64,000 nucleotides of DNA from the human T2T-CHM13v2.0 reference genome, Homo sapiens (GCF_009914755.1 NC_060934.1), one strand, 5' to 3'; counted from the first letter of the stretch, positions 17,902-36,716 are shown. Notes: a model not told the origin generated them from the letters alone. Program-made: numbers and translations.

Positions 17902-19407
17902 TGAGAGGTGACAGCATGCTGGCAGTCCTCAGAGCCCTCGCTTGCTCTCGGCACCTCCCCTGCCTGGGCTCCCACTTTGGTGGCATTTGAGGAGCCCTTC
18001 AGCGCCCCCTCTGCACTGTGGAAGCCCCTTTCTGGGCTGGCCAAGGCTGGAGCCCACTCCCTCAGCTTGCAGGGAGGTGTGGAGGGAGAGGCACGAGCGG
18101 GAACCGGGGCTGCGTGCAGCGCTTGCGGGCCAGCTGGAGTTCCAGGTGGGCGTGGGCTTGGTGGGCCCCGCACTCGGAGCAGCCAGCCAGCCCTGCTGGC
18201 CCCGGGCAATGGGGGACTTAGCACCCGGGCCAGTGGCTGCGGAGGGTCTACTGAGTCCCCCAGCAGTGCCGGCCCACCGGCGCTGCGCTCGATTTCTCGC
18301 TGGGCCTTAGCTGCCTTCCCGCGGGGCAGGGCTCGGGACATGCAGCCCGCCATGCCTGAGCCTCCCACCCACTCCATGGGCTCCTGTGCGGCCTGAGCCT
18401 CCCCGACGAGCACCACCCCCTACTCCACGACGTCCAGTCCCATCGACCACCCAAGGGCTGAGGAATGCGAGCGCAGGGCACAGGACTGGCAGGCAGCTCC
18501 ACCTGCAGCCCCGGTGCGGGATGCACTAGGTGAAGCCAGCTGGACTCCTGAGTCTGGTGGGGACGTGGAGAGTCTTTATATCTAGTTCAGGGATTGTAAA
18601 TACACCAATCATCACCCTGTGTTTAGCTCAAGGTTTGTGAGGGCACCAATCGACACTCCGTATCTAGCTGCTCTGGTGGGGCCTTGGAGAACCTTTATGT
18701 CTAGGTCAGGGATTGTAAATACACCAATCAGCACCCTGTGTTTAGCTCAAGGTCTGTGAATGCACCAATCGACACTCAGTATCTAGCTGCTCTGGTGGGG
18801 CCCTGGAGAACCTGTGTGTCGAAACTCTGTATCTAACTAATCTGATGGGGACGTGGAGAACCTTTGTATCTACCTCAGGGATTGTAAACGCACCAATCAG
18901 CGCCCTGACAAAACAGGCCACTCGGCTCTACCAATCAGCAGGATGTGGGTGGGGCCAGATAAGAGAATAAAAGCAGGCTGCCCGAGCTAGCATTGGCAAC
19001 GGGCTTGGGTCCCCTTGTGCACTGTGGAAGGTTTGTTCTTTTGTTGTTTGCAATAAATCTTGCTACTGCTCACTCTTTGGGTCCACGCTGCTTTTCTGAG
19101 CTGTAACACTCACCGCGAAGATTTGCAGTTTCACTCCTGAGCCCAGCGAGACCACGAGCCCCCCGGAAGGAACGAACTACAGACGCGTTGCCTTAAGAGC
19201 TATAATACTCACCGTGAAGGTCTGCAGCTTCACTCCTGAGCCAGCGAGACCACAAACCCACCAGAAGGAAGAAACTCCGAACACATCTGAATATCAGAAG
19301 GGAGAGACTCCAGACGCGCCACCTTAAGAGCTGTAACACTCACCGTGAGGGTCCGCGGCTTCATTCTTGAAGTCAGTGAGACCAAGAACCCGCCAATTCT
19401 GGACACA
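17902..19407 (+). mobile_element. LTR12C (ERV9) full-length solo LTR
   Basis: TGAGAGGTGACAGC...TTCTGGACACA, perfect TSD CAAG, CpG-rich U3, tandem CCAAT/GATA units, and U5 repeats. Confidence 0.95.
18600..19000 (+). promoter_or_regulatory. LTR12C promoter: six CCAAT (NF-Y) boxes and a TATA-like AATAAA
   Basis: CCAAT near 18605, 18646, 18724, 18765, 18893 and 18931; AGAGAATAAAAGC at ~18962-18974. Confidence 0.75.
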
Positions 19408-19680
19408 CAAGGAGGGTACAATGGTCTTGTTCAGTAGGTGCCAGAAGGTCCCACGGTAAGAAAGAAGGCAAACACCAACTCACAAGCACTTTCCTCTGCT
19501 TGTGACACATTAGCTATTTTTACATTGTCCAAAGCAAGTCACAAGGCCAGAGTCCGTGGGAGGGGACCACCCAAGGGCATGGAACGAGGGAACCAGGAAC
19601 AAGTGGGAGCTGTTACTGCCACAACCAACTACACTGACCCATTTCTCAGTGGTCTCCGAATGTTTTTGATCATATATCCC

Positions 19681-20068
19681 TGTATTAGTCTGTTCAGGCT
19701 GCCATCACAAAATAACACAGACAGAATAGCTTAAACAACAGAAGTTTATTTTTTCATAGTTATGGAAACCCAAGATCAGGGTGCTGGTATGGTTGGGTTG
19801 TGGTGGGGTCTCTCTTCCTGGTCTGCAGATGGCTGCCTTCTTGCTATGTTCTTACATGGTCCTTCCTGGATGTATGCACAGGGAGAGAGAGCACAATATC
19901 TCTCTCATCCCTCTCTTACAAGGTCACCAATTCAATTGATTAGGACCCCACCCTTATGACCTTATTTAACCTTAATTACCTCCTAAAAGCCCCATGTCCA
20001 AATACAGTCACACTGGGGATTAGGGCTTCAACATATGTATTTGTTGGAACACAGTTCAGTCCATAGAA
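19681..20068 (-). mobile_element. MLT1A-like MaLR LTR
   Basis: TGTATTAGTCTGTTCAGGCTGCC...CAGTCCATAG; near-TSD ATCCC/ATCTC. Confidence 0.85.
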
Positions 20069-20516
20069 ATCTCTATTTTTTAAGACATTTGCAGCTCCAA
20101 TACATGCATATTTATGTATACATTATATATACATTACATTAAAAATTTTTTAAAGATGAGTTAAAGATGTAATATTTTAGTGTTAATTTTGATGGCATTT
20201 TTTTATTAATAAATAATATTGCAAGGCACAATACACACTAAGGGTGAGCTCATGAATGACAGTGGACATAAATCCATCTTTCAAGGGACCCTCTTGATCA
20301 TTTTAGTTTGGGGGGCAAAGAGGCTGACTTCTTGGCAGATTTCATTTTACCTCATAATGTGCTGATATAGAGCTGATACTAGCCACATAAGCTCTGCCAA
20401 TTTCTTATGGTTTTCTGGGACTTATACTATTAGTATTATCTTTAATCTTCAATCTATAATAATCTATTAAAACATTTTCATTTTGTAAAGATCAATTTTG
20501 GTAAAACTAGATCATG

Positions 20517-20832
20517 GGCTGGGTCCAGTGCCTCACATCTATAAATCCTAGCAATTTGGGAGGCTGAAGCAGGTGGATCTTTTGAGGCCAGGAATTTGAG
20601 ACCAGCCTAGGCAACACAAAAAGACCTCATCTCTACAGGAAAAAAACAAAAAACAAAAAAAAAAAACCTGGGTGTGGTGGCATGCACCTATAGTCACAGC
20701 GACTCAGGAGGCTGAGACAGGAGGATTGCTTGAGCCCAGGAGTTCGAGGCTGCAGTGAGCTAAGATCGCACCACTGCACTCCAGTGTGGGGGACAGGGCC
20801 AGATCCTGTCTCTTTAAAAACAAAAACAAAAA
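20517..20832 (+). mobile_element. AluJ
   Basis: GGATTGCTTGAGCCCAGGAGTTCGAGGCTGCAG J diagnostics. Confidence 0.9.
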
Positions 20833-21076
20833 ATGGCCTAGGTTGTGTAGTTTATAAATCCATCTACCCACTTGCGAATAGACCAAACTATCTCAGATTC
20901 CCCTGAGTGTTGATGTGCAGGTGGTGAGGTTACCAGCACCGGCCCCCACATCACAGAGCATTCAAGGCTGCACCTGTGCCATGGGTGGCAAAGGAGCCTC
21001 TGAGGAAAGCTATGACTGTCAAGCTGAGTCCGTTTTGTGCTTTGTGGGTTTTTAAAATTTTTGTTTAATACTTTTT

Positions 21077-21146
21077 GGTGTTCTACACATTCAGAGAAAC
21101 TTTTCTAGTAACAAATGATAGAAATGATCCTTGAAAGTATCATCTT
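21077..21146 (-). pseudogene. U3: U3 snoRNA retro-pseudogene, 5' 70 nt
   Basis: Minus strand reads AAGATGATACTTTCAAGGATCATTTCTATCATTTGTTACTAGAAAAGTTTCTCTGAATGTGTAGAACACC, about 61/70 identical to U3 nt 1-70 as recalled, followed by an A-rich tract. Confidence 0.9.
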
Positions 21147-21338
21147 CTGAACATTAAAAGATTAGGAAAGTATAATTGCTTTGTTATTTTTTTAGCCCCA
21201 AAGTTCCAATATTTTTTCACACAACCCAGCACCTTGTGCTGAGCGCCCCACTTGGAAACCACTGATTTGCTTTATCAAAAAAAAAGTGGTTTTGTACATG
21301 ATATTAAAGTGTAAAACAATGCCTTATGCCCAATGTTA

Positions 21339-21718
<380 letters not shown>

Positions 21719-21866
21719 TCAGAAATCTATGGGATTGCGAGTGATTTACTCAAAAGAAACCAAAAAAGGCTTTATATTCACATGAGTCTGTGGCCCCTGG
21801 GGAGGATATCCTCAGCTCCCTCTCCACTTCCCTGACCATGGACTGGGCTTTAGGACTCTAGTCCTA

Positions 21867-22294
21867 TGTCCCATTAGTTTTCTACAACTGTCATAACAAA
21901 TTACTACAAATTCAGCCACTTAAAACAATAGAAATTTGTTCTCTTACAGTTCTGGAGGCCAGAAGTCGAAATCCAGGTGTCGGCAGTGTCAGCAGGGCCA
22001 CGCTCCCTCTGAAGGCCCTAGGAGAGGCTCCTTTCTTGCCTCTTCCAGCTTCTAGTGCCATCAGCATTCCTTGGCTTGGACGGCTTTGCTCTGTCTTCAC
22101 TTTGCCTTTTCATCCATGTTTCTGTCTTTTCCTCTGTGTGTCCTTTATCAGGACATGTGTCATTGGATTTCAGGCTCACTTGGATAATCAGGATGACCAC
22201 TTCATCTCAAAATCTTTAATTACATCTGCAAAGACCCCGTTTCCAAATAAGGTCACGTTCGCAGGTTTTTAGGGTCATCATTCAGCCCACTGCA
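21867..22294 (-). mobile_element. MLT1C-like MaLR LTR
   Basis: CAGTTCTGGAGGCCAGAAGTC...TTCCAAATAAGGTCAC motifs. Confidence 0.85.
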
Positions 22295-22648
22295 CACGTT
22301 CTCCCTGCAATGTCAATGGATGAATTGGGGTCCAGAATGAGAGTTGGGGCACCGTGTGGACCAGCCTCTGTCTTTCCCTCCTTCCTGACTCTGCAGGGCT
22401 CCTCTGAACACCATGCTTTATCATGGAAGCCTTCCTCCTTGTATTTTACAGTCAACTCACATCTTCCATGAGGAGGAAATGCCTGAGACTTAGAAAAGGG
22501 GTCCTATGGTTCCTTCTCCCTGTCTTCCCACAATCATTCCATGCATTTCCTCTCCTCTATGATGCTTCAAAGCACTCTCTGGGCAACCACCAGCCTAGTT
22601 TCTGATCTCCAAAAAAGGAGCCACCCTTTTGGTGGGTTTATCATGTCA

Positions 22649-23078
<430 letters not shown>

Positions 23079-23211
23079 AGGCAGTGCTCCTAGAATCTGA
23101 GGATACCCTGGCAGTTGGCAGGGCAGTGGTGCTGGCTTGGGGTGAGAAAACATCAGACAAGAAGACAGAAAAATAGCTGGGTGTGGTGGTAGGGCTAATG
23201 TGCCCCAGCCT

Positions 23212-26555
<3,344 letters not shown>

Positions 26556-26609
26556 AAACCCCCCAAATAATAGTAATAATAATGTTTAATTAGGTGTTTG
26601 CCCTTTGAC

Positions 26610-27138
<529 letters not shown>

Positions 27139-27189
27139 CCTATGACCTTCCTTTCCTTCCCTCTTCTTTGCTTCCTTCTTTCCTTCCTC

Positions 27190-27730
27190 TGTTCTTCCTT
27201 CAAAAAAGCCTTTGTTGTAAGACTACTATCTGCAGAGTCCTATACTAGAAACAAATAAAGCATAATGTTCTTCAGGGTGTTCACAGCATAGGGGAAGGGA
27301 AAAAGCAGCAGCAAATGCCTTTAGCACAGTGCAGTTCCCCCACTCCAATAAATGTACATATAAATAGTTCAGGGACCACAGAGAAAAAAGCAATTAATTC
27401 TGTTTGGGGTAGAACCAGGTAAGGTGGAGGAAAAGAGATTGAGAAAAGGTGCAGGGTGCAGGTTCTTGGCCCATTCTTGATGGACAGGTGTAAAGCAATG
27501 GAGAGGTATTCAGGCCAAAGGCAAGTTCAGGCAAAGGTATGGCATGAGAAAGACACACTCTGTACGGGGGACATGGAAGACCTGCCATGGTTGGTTTGGT
27601 GAGGTGGGATCTGGATGTGTCTGTGGGTAGGGGTGGCTCTGATGTCAGGAGAGGGGATCAGAAACCCCACCTTGCTTGGAGTCAAGTGTGTAGGGCTCTT
27701 TATTCTATGCTGAGGAGCTGGAGCTTTCTC
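27190..27730 (-). mobile_element. L2 fragment
   Basis: Degenerate antisense L2 3' region. Confidence 0.5.
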
Positions 27731-27740
27731 TGATGTGTCT

Positions 27741-28128
27741 TGAGAGACTGAATATACAAATGGACAGTGGCCAGACCTTAGATGACTGTAGACCTCTGAT
27801 CCACAAACTTAGCAGTCACTTGCCCAGAAGCCAAACCACAGCCTCTGCAGCAATCAGCCAGAAAAGTCAGGCTTTGGGCAACAACTGCCAGCTTCCCTAT
27901 TTTTTGCCCCTGCTTCCAACCAACTCAGGACCAATCACATAAAATGCCCTGTTTCTAATTAGTCTGCCTCCAGCTTCCCTAGGCCAACAACCTCCAATCA
28001 AAGTACATGCGAAGTCTTCCTTTTTCTTCACCATAAAGCTTCCCCATTCCCCTGCCTGCCTTTGAGTTTCTGTTCTAAATAAACAGCCTTGTTTTTTCTC
28101 ATTTCAGTGGTTTTCATTTATTTCCTCA
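27741..28128 (+). mobile_element. ERV1-class solo LTR, subfamily uncertain
   Basis: TG...CA ends, CCAAT boxes, CATAAA, and AATAAA near the 3' end. Confidence 0.65.
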
Positions 28129-28433
28129 ATATAGACTGTACAGATTGCTTTTGAAGAGGGGGAGAGGGAGCAATGGGAGTAGTTAGCTCTGTAAAACTGA
28201 TACCCTAATATATAGTGCTAATAGAACAATAGGTAGTGGTGGCATTCAGAGCTAGAAAAATCTGCTTTTGAGACCCTTTGCTATCTATACACACATACCC
28301 ACACACAATTTTTTAACGTTTAGACACACCTGAACAGCCTCTAATTCTTTTATACTCTAAAGAAAGATTTTAAATCGTTAAAGTACAGTTTTTTTTAAAA
28401 AAAAAAAAAAGGATTTTTAAAGTTACCCTTAAT

Positions 28434-29244
<811 letters not shown>

Positions 29245-29288
29245 ACTCCTTGACTTCAGAAGTTGAAGAAATGTTTTGTTATTTTTAA

Positions 29289-29603
<315 letters not shown>

Positions 29604-29619
29604 TAATAAGTGATTGTTA

Positions 29620-30166
29620 ATGGCAGCTCTTATTGGTTGTCTACCCAAATCCATTCTTTGCTGCTGGTAGAACCTTGATTTTCTTCAGGATTTTACCCTC
29701 TGCCTAGCCTGGACAAGCACCAGGGAAGGTGCCCTCTTCAACTATAGGGAAAAAATCTTAACCAATCCAAGCCAAGTGTAGCTTGCTGGCAATTGGTTGA
29801 AGAGAGAGCATATAACACAGTTACAGCCAATGAGATGTGAGGAGTCAGCTGAGGGGCTTTCTGGAAAGGCTTCCCTCCTCTTTGAAAGAGATCCATGAGA
29901 TGATTCTTCCTTTTATCATTCCAGTAGACTTTTGGAACTGTTGCCGCCATCTTGGGACCATGAGGGGGCCAGCAAGAGGACAAACCAACAGGCTGAAGAA
30001 GACAGACTGGGAAGAGCCCAAGTTCAAAATGTCATTGAAAATCCACCCAATTGGCAAGCCTTGGAGCTGCCCTAACTCAGGGCTACTTGGTACCTGTCCT
30101 CATGGTTTAGGCCACCTTTCTTTGCAGGTTGTGTTCCTTATAGTTCAATTCTTCCTAGATGATTCA
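29620..30166 (+). mobile_element. old MLT1K-like LTR
   Basis: GCCAATGAGATGTGAGG and GCCATCTTGGGACCATGAGG motifs. Confidence 0.6.
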
Positions 30167-30314
30167 GATACCCCCTCAGAAGAGGAAAATCCAAGTTATA
30201 GAGAGTGATGTATAGGTTTTCTTTTCTTTCTCATGTTTCTATCCAAGTGATTCATCCCTGAGTGAGGACCTCTAACAAACTCTTTAAAGATGGGCTTAAA
30301 GAATGTTCACTCCA

Positions 30315-30945
30315 GGCAGCCCCTGCCCGGCCAGCCCCCCCGTCCGGGAGGTGGGGGGCGCCTCTGCCTGGCCACCCCTTCTGGGAAGTGAGGAGCCCCT
30401 CTGCCCAGCTGCCACCCCATCTGGGAGGTGTACCCAACAGCTCATTGAGAATGGGCCATGATGACGATGGCGGTTTTGTCGAATAGGAAAGGGGGAAATG
30501 TGGGGAAAAGATAGAGAAATCAGATTGTTGCTGTGTTTGTGTAGAAAGAAGTAGACATAGGAGACTCCATTTTGTTCTGTACTAAGAAAAATTCTTCTGC
30601 CTTGGGATGCTGTTGATCTATGACCTTACCCCCAACCCGGTGCTCTCTGAAACATGTGCTGTGTCCACTCAGGGTTAAATGGATTAAGGGTGGTGCAAGA
30701 TGTGCTTTGTTAAACAGATGCTTGAAGGCAGCATGCTCGTTAAGAGTCATCACCACTCCCTAATCTCAAGTACCCAGGGACACAAACACACAGGGTCCTC
30801 TGCCTAGGAAAACCAGAGACCTTTGTTCACTTGTTTATCTGCTGACCTTCCCTCCACTATTGTCCTATGACCCTGCCAAATCCCCCTCTGTGAGAAACAC
30901 CCAAGAATGATCAATAAAAATAAAAAAAAAATTAAAAAAAAAAAA
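30315..30945 (+). mobile_element. SVA, 5'-truncated (VNTR end, SINE-R, poly-A), older B/C-like
   Basis: CCCGTCCGGGAGGTGGGGGG VNTR, SINE-R ending GAATGATCAATAAA, TSD AAAGAATGTTCACTCCA. Confidence 0.95.
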
Positions 30946-30962
30946 AAAGAATGTTCACTCCA

Positions 30963-32746
30963 GAACTCCCATTCACAATTGCTACAAAGAGAATGAAATA
31001 TCTAGGAATACAATTTACAGGGGATGTGAAGGACCTCTTCAAGGAGAACTACAAACCACTGCTCAAGGAAATAAGAGAGGAAACAAACAAATGGAAAAAC
31101 ATTCCATGCTCATGGATAGGAAGAATCAATGTCATGAAAATGGCCATACTGCCCAAAGTAATTTATAGATTCAATGCTATCCCCATCAAGCTACCACTGA
31201 CTTTCTTCACAGAATTAGAAAAAAAGTACTTTAAATTTCATATAGAACCAAAAAAGAGCCCATATAGCCAAGACAATCCTAAGGAAAAAGAACAAAGGTG
31301 GAGGCATCACGCTACCTGACTTCAAACTATACTACAAAGCTACAGTAACCAAAACAGCATGGTACTGGTACCAAAACAGATATATAGACCAATGGAACAG
31401 AAGAGAGGCCTCAGAAATAACACCACACATCTACAACCATCTGATCTTTGACAAACCTGACAAAAACAAGCAATGGGGAAAGGATTCCCTATTTAATAAA
31501 TAGTGTTGGGAAAACTGGCTAGCCATATGCAGAAAACTGAAACTGGACCCCTTCCTTACACCTTATACAAAAATAAATTCAAGATGGATTAAAGACTTAA
31601 ATGTTAGACCTAACACCATAAAAACCCTAGAAGAAAACTTAGGCAATTACATTCAGGACATAGGCATTGACAAAATCTTCATGACTAACACACCAAAAGC
31701 AATGGCAACAAAAGCCAAAATTTACAAATGGGATCCAATTAAACTAAACAGCTTCTGCACAGCAAAAGAAAGTATCATCAGAGTGAACAGGCAAACTACA
31801 GAATGGGAGAAAATTTTTGCAATCTACCCATCTGACAAAGGGTTAATATCCAGAATCTATGAAGAACTTAAACAAATTTACAAGAAAAAAAACAAACAAC
31901 CCCATCAAAAAGTGGGCAAAGGATATAACACACTTCTCAAAAGAAGACATTTATGCGGCCAGCTAACATATGAAAAAAAGCTCATCATCACTGGTCGTTA
32001 GAGAAATGCAAATCAAAACCACAATGAGATACCATCTCACGCCCATTAGAATGGCAATCATTAAAAAGTCAGGAAACATCAGATGCTGGAGAGGATATGG
32101 AGAAATAGGAATGCTGTTACACTGTTGGTGGGAGTATAAATTAGTTCAACCATTGTGAAAGGCAGTGTGGCAATTCCTCAAGGATCTAGAACCAGAAATG
32201 CCATTTGACCCAGCAATCCCATTACTGGGTATGTACCCAAAGGATTATAAGTCATTCTACTATAAAGACATATGTACATGTATGTTTACTGCAGCACTGT
32301 TCACAATAGCAAAGACTTGGAACCAACCCAAATGCCCATCAATGATAGACTGGATAAGGAAAATGTGGCACATATACACCATGGAATACTATTCAGCCAT
32401 AAAAAGGATGAGGTCGTGTCCTTTGCAGGGACATGGATGAAGCTGAAAACCATCACTCCCAGCAAATTAACACATGAACAGAAAACCAAACACTGCATGT
32501 TCTCACTCATAAGTGGGAGTTGAACACTGAGAACACATGGACACAGGGAGGGGAACATCACACACTGGGGCCTGTTGGGGAGTGGGGAGCTAGGAGAGGG
32601 ATAGCTTTAGGAGGAATACTTAATGTAGATGACGGGTTGATGGGTGCAGCAAACCACCATGGCACGTGTATGCCTATCTAACAAACCTACATGTTCTGCA
32701 CATGTATCCCAGAACTTAAAGTATAATAATAATTAAAAAAAAAAAA
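30963..32746 (+). mobile_element. L1PA (L1PA7-like), 5'-truncated, ~1.8 kb
   Basis: ORF2 C-terminal fragments ([14 protein letters not shown]), L1PA 3' UTR, poly-A, TSD AAAGAATGTTCACTCCA. Confidence 0.95.
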
Positions 32747-33489
32747 AAAGAATGTTCACTCCAATAGATGGCTCTGAGATTTGACTTTGAGGGTTTTACC
32801 AGGGCTCTACTATGTTAGGAAATTACTTCTGGCCTCTCTATATGACTCTTTGATCCTTTCCCCAGTGAAATGGGGATCCCCTGAGGACAACTTCAGAACC
32901 TGGCAAGTGCAAGAAGAATTTCAACTATACAATTCCTTGGTAACATCCATCCTTCCAAAGAGAGACTTCTAGGCTCTATTGACTTGGAGTTGCTTTAAGT
33001 AGCAAGGGTGAAGTTGACCTTTTTTACATATTGGCAGCAAAATTACAAAAATCAAAGTCAATCCGCAAGAATGATCTTTCTCCAGAACAATGAGCATACT
33101 TCACTGGTGTGATATATTTCAGTTCAATAGACAGTATCTTCAGAAAACACATTAAAATGTCATTAGATTTCATCTAAACTTGCTGGTAATTTCGGTAACC
33201 TGACTATCTCTCCCTCCTCCCACCCTGTGCTCAACAGAAACAAGCTCATACCAAATTAACATTCATTTTGTTAAAACTAAATCTCAGACCACCTTCTGGA
33301 CTTGCCCAGCTTTCTCCTTCCTCTGGGCCACTCGCTGGTTCTTTTCTCCTCTGGAATGACTCTCTCCCACTTACAACCTGGCAAACTCATCATCTGACAA
33401 TACAAAGTTCACAGGTCAATTCCTCCTCAAAACCTTGCCTTGGACCCCTGAGGCAACACCACATAGAGGGGAGGTTGAAGTCAGGCTGA

Positions 33490-33682
33490 CCTGAGGGTGG
33501 ATCGAGCTCTGTACCCAATTAGCTGGGTGACCTTTGCCAAGGAAGCCAGTTTCTCTGAGCCAAGTGTCAGCTTTCTCGCCTGTAAAATATGAATCATGAT
33601 TACCCCTGCCTTGGGCTTGTGCTGAGGATGAGATGAGCTCATGTAAGAATCCCTGGCACAGAGTTAAGGACTCAATGTGTTT
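33490..33682 (+). mobile_element. MIR
   Basis: Degenerate MIR core. Confidence 0.65.
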
Positions 33683-33822
33683 TGGCTGTTGCTACAGGAT
33701 ACCTTCCCAAAGAATCATAAAGCTTTATAGCAATAAGGGACTTCAGAGTAGCTCTTCTCGACCTTCCATGTACAAGCCAATCACCTGGGGACACAGATTC
33801 TGAAGTCCTGGTGCAATGCCTG

Positions 33823-33824
<2 letters not shown>

Positions 33825-33854
<30 letters not shown>
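33825..33854. repeat. (T)30 homopolymer
   Basis: 30 consecutive T with no adjacent Alu or L1 body. Confidence 0.95.
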
Positions 33855-33856
<2 letters not shown>

Positions 33857-34252
33857 GTTTCTTGCAAGTTTCAGAGTGCTGCAGATTCCCCTTGTCCCAG
33901 GAGCACACTTTGAAATGGCAAGACTTTAGGAGACATTGACTTCCTGCTCATTTTACAGAAAATAAGCATGAAGCCCGAGAAGAGCTGCTCCTAGCCCAAA
34001 AGGATCCAGAAAGCTGCTGAGAAAGGCAACACAGAACACAATCTGCTGGTGGAGTTTGAGGAGAGATTCACTCTCAAAGCAATTGCTGATCAGAAACAAC
34101 TTTGTGAGGTTTATCTGTAAATTGTGAATACATTTCCTCCACCCAAGAGCCAGTACTCTGCTTGCTGAACAAGGTAAGCTTTATTCCTGCCTCTGAGATG
34201 GGAGGAAGATTGGGTGAGACGGACAATTTCAAGAACAAAGACATTAAGCTAA

Positions 34253-34642
<390 letters not shown>

Positions 34643-36414
34643 ACAGCCGTGGGTTTTTACTCTTCTCAGAATATCCTAAAAAAATCAAAGTTTTCAGGAA
34701 ATTGGGGGAGAGTGCAGGAACAGTCATCGCTTTTCCAACGTAAGATAATTTCCAGATTTGCAACATTCGGGAAATGAGCACAACTCACTCCTCTTTGAGG
34801 CAGCACCCAGCTGATGCAGCTCCATTGTGTGGCCAACTGAAAGGGTCCTGCAGTTTTCCTAAGTGTATCCCAGAGTTATTTCTTCATGAAGAGGACCTAA
34901 GCCATTCCATTCCATGGTCCGTGGTGCTGCCCAAAAGCCCATCACATGTACGGCCACTGTGGGTGCTTCCTTTTTCCGACATCTGACCCTTTATCCCATT
35001 TGGCTTACTCCAAAAGCTCAGCCCATGCTCCCAGGCATGGATAGGAAGGAACCCACTAAAAAAAAAAATGCACTATTCATTGAAAGTGCTAGAACCCGCC
35101 AGTCTCCAAATGCAGTCCTTTTGAAAAGGCATGACTCAGTCCTGAGTAACATCTGATACTTAACAAACGTCCATGAGCCATAACACCTCCTGGTGTCTGA
35201 GTGGTTTTCCCATCAACCTCTAAAATAAAAGCAAATCAGTTAGCCAGGTGCTGCATATGCTCAGAAGGCTATAGAAGCTCAGAGGTACAAGCACCTGGAG
35301 AAAATATATCAACCCTTCTGCATTATAACAACAATTATTGCAGAAATTCTTGTCATTGTCTATCAAAGTGAAATCAACGAACCCCCACAAGTTTCTGTAC
35401 TGTTTGCTAGAAGTAAAGAGACAAATGAGACAAACAGCTCTTGCCCTCAGAGAGTTGACAATCTAGTAGAAGAAGGAAGAAGCCATCCAAATAACTAGGA
35501 AACAAGGTAAAGAGCAGCTTCTGCTCTAAAAAGGCAGTAGGATTGCTGAAGGAGGGGAATGTGAACCCTGGTCTTGCCCTTCAGGCAGTTTTTCATAGTT
35601 AATGATCCTGCATTCTCAAATTGCATAGGTATGTCTCAAATATGAGACAAGCCTTCTAATTTACAAGTAAGTGAACAGAAAAACTGTACACAGGCAGTCC
35701 TCTGCTTTTGTAAATATGAAAATATGTATCAAATTAACTGTATAGAGTGCAATTAGAGACTTACACATTATAAGTGGTTGTTCCATCCCAGGCAGCACTG
35801 TAGAGTTGGTAAGGCTGTACACTACACAAGGGCATCTGACCAAGGGTTAGACTGAAATCTAGATGTGTATCCTGATGTAGAGTTGTACTTATCCAGAAAA
35901 GAAAGGAATTCCTTTTCCCAATTTGCACAAGACACCATTTAGCTCGTAGTGGCCCTGATTCTGAGAGGTCCAAAATAGTTTTAAATTCCAGTTACATATT
36001 TATAGCATTTTCTTATATGTTGTTCTTTTCCTTTGCCATTAAGTCTACAGTGGACCCACTTAAGTCCAGTAAGCATTCAATTGAACTCAAAGATTGGCCA
36101 CTGATCTCCATTTTGGAAGCAAGTGTATTAAGCATAGAAAACTTATATTGCTTATTTTTGAGATTACTCTTTTTTTCTACTTTCCACTTGTTTTTGTAAA
36201 ACAACATGGACAAAGCACAGTAAAATGTTCAAATAGTTACGCATGTTCTGTTGAACAAAGAGAGCAACTGCCCACAGTGAATGGTTGGCTGGCAGGCAGC
36301 ACCACCTGGGGGCAGCTCAAATTATTTTTCTCAGTAGTTAGTGTATGACAGTCCACATCTGTTATGTCCTGTAACAGAGCAATTAGGGGTGTCAGTGTTT
36401 AAAATGCTTATCTG

Positions 36415-36716
<302 letters not shown>

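Larger units (their letters stand above)
17715..19630 (-). mobile_element. old MLT1 LTR interrupted by LTR12C
   Basis: MLT1-like sequence on both flanks of the LTR12C. Confidence 0.6.
19647..21264. mobile_element. possible hAT-Charlie remnant hosting MLT1A, AluJ and a U3 copy
   Basis: Inverted termini CAGTGGTCTCCGA and TTGGAAACCACTG; no clear TSD. Confidence 0.4.

Noticed and set aside
17895-18416. Overlapping 173, 162 and 122-aa ORFs
   Set aside because: They lie in the GC-rich LTR12C U3 region, which is stop-poor by composition.
18560-18940. Regularly spaced repeats resembling a CRISPR array
   Set aside because: These are standard LTR12 tandem CCAAT/GATA units with no unique spacers, in a eukaryotic context with no cas genes.
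35633-35650. Inverted repeat TGTCTCA-AATA-TGAGACA
   Set aside because: A 7-bp stem is expected by chance in 64 kb.
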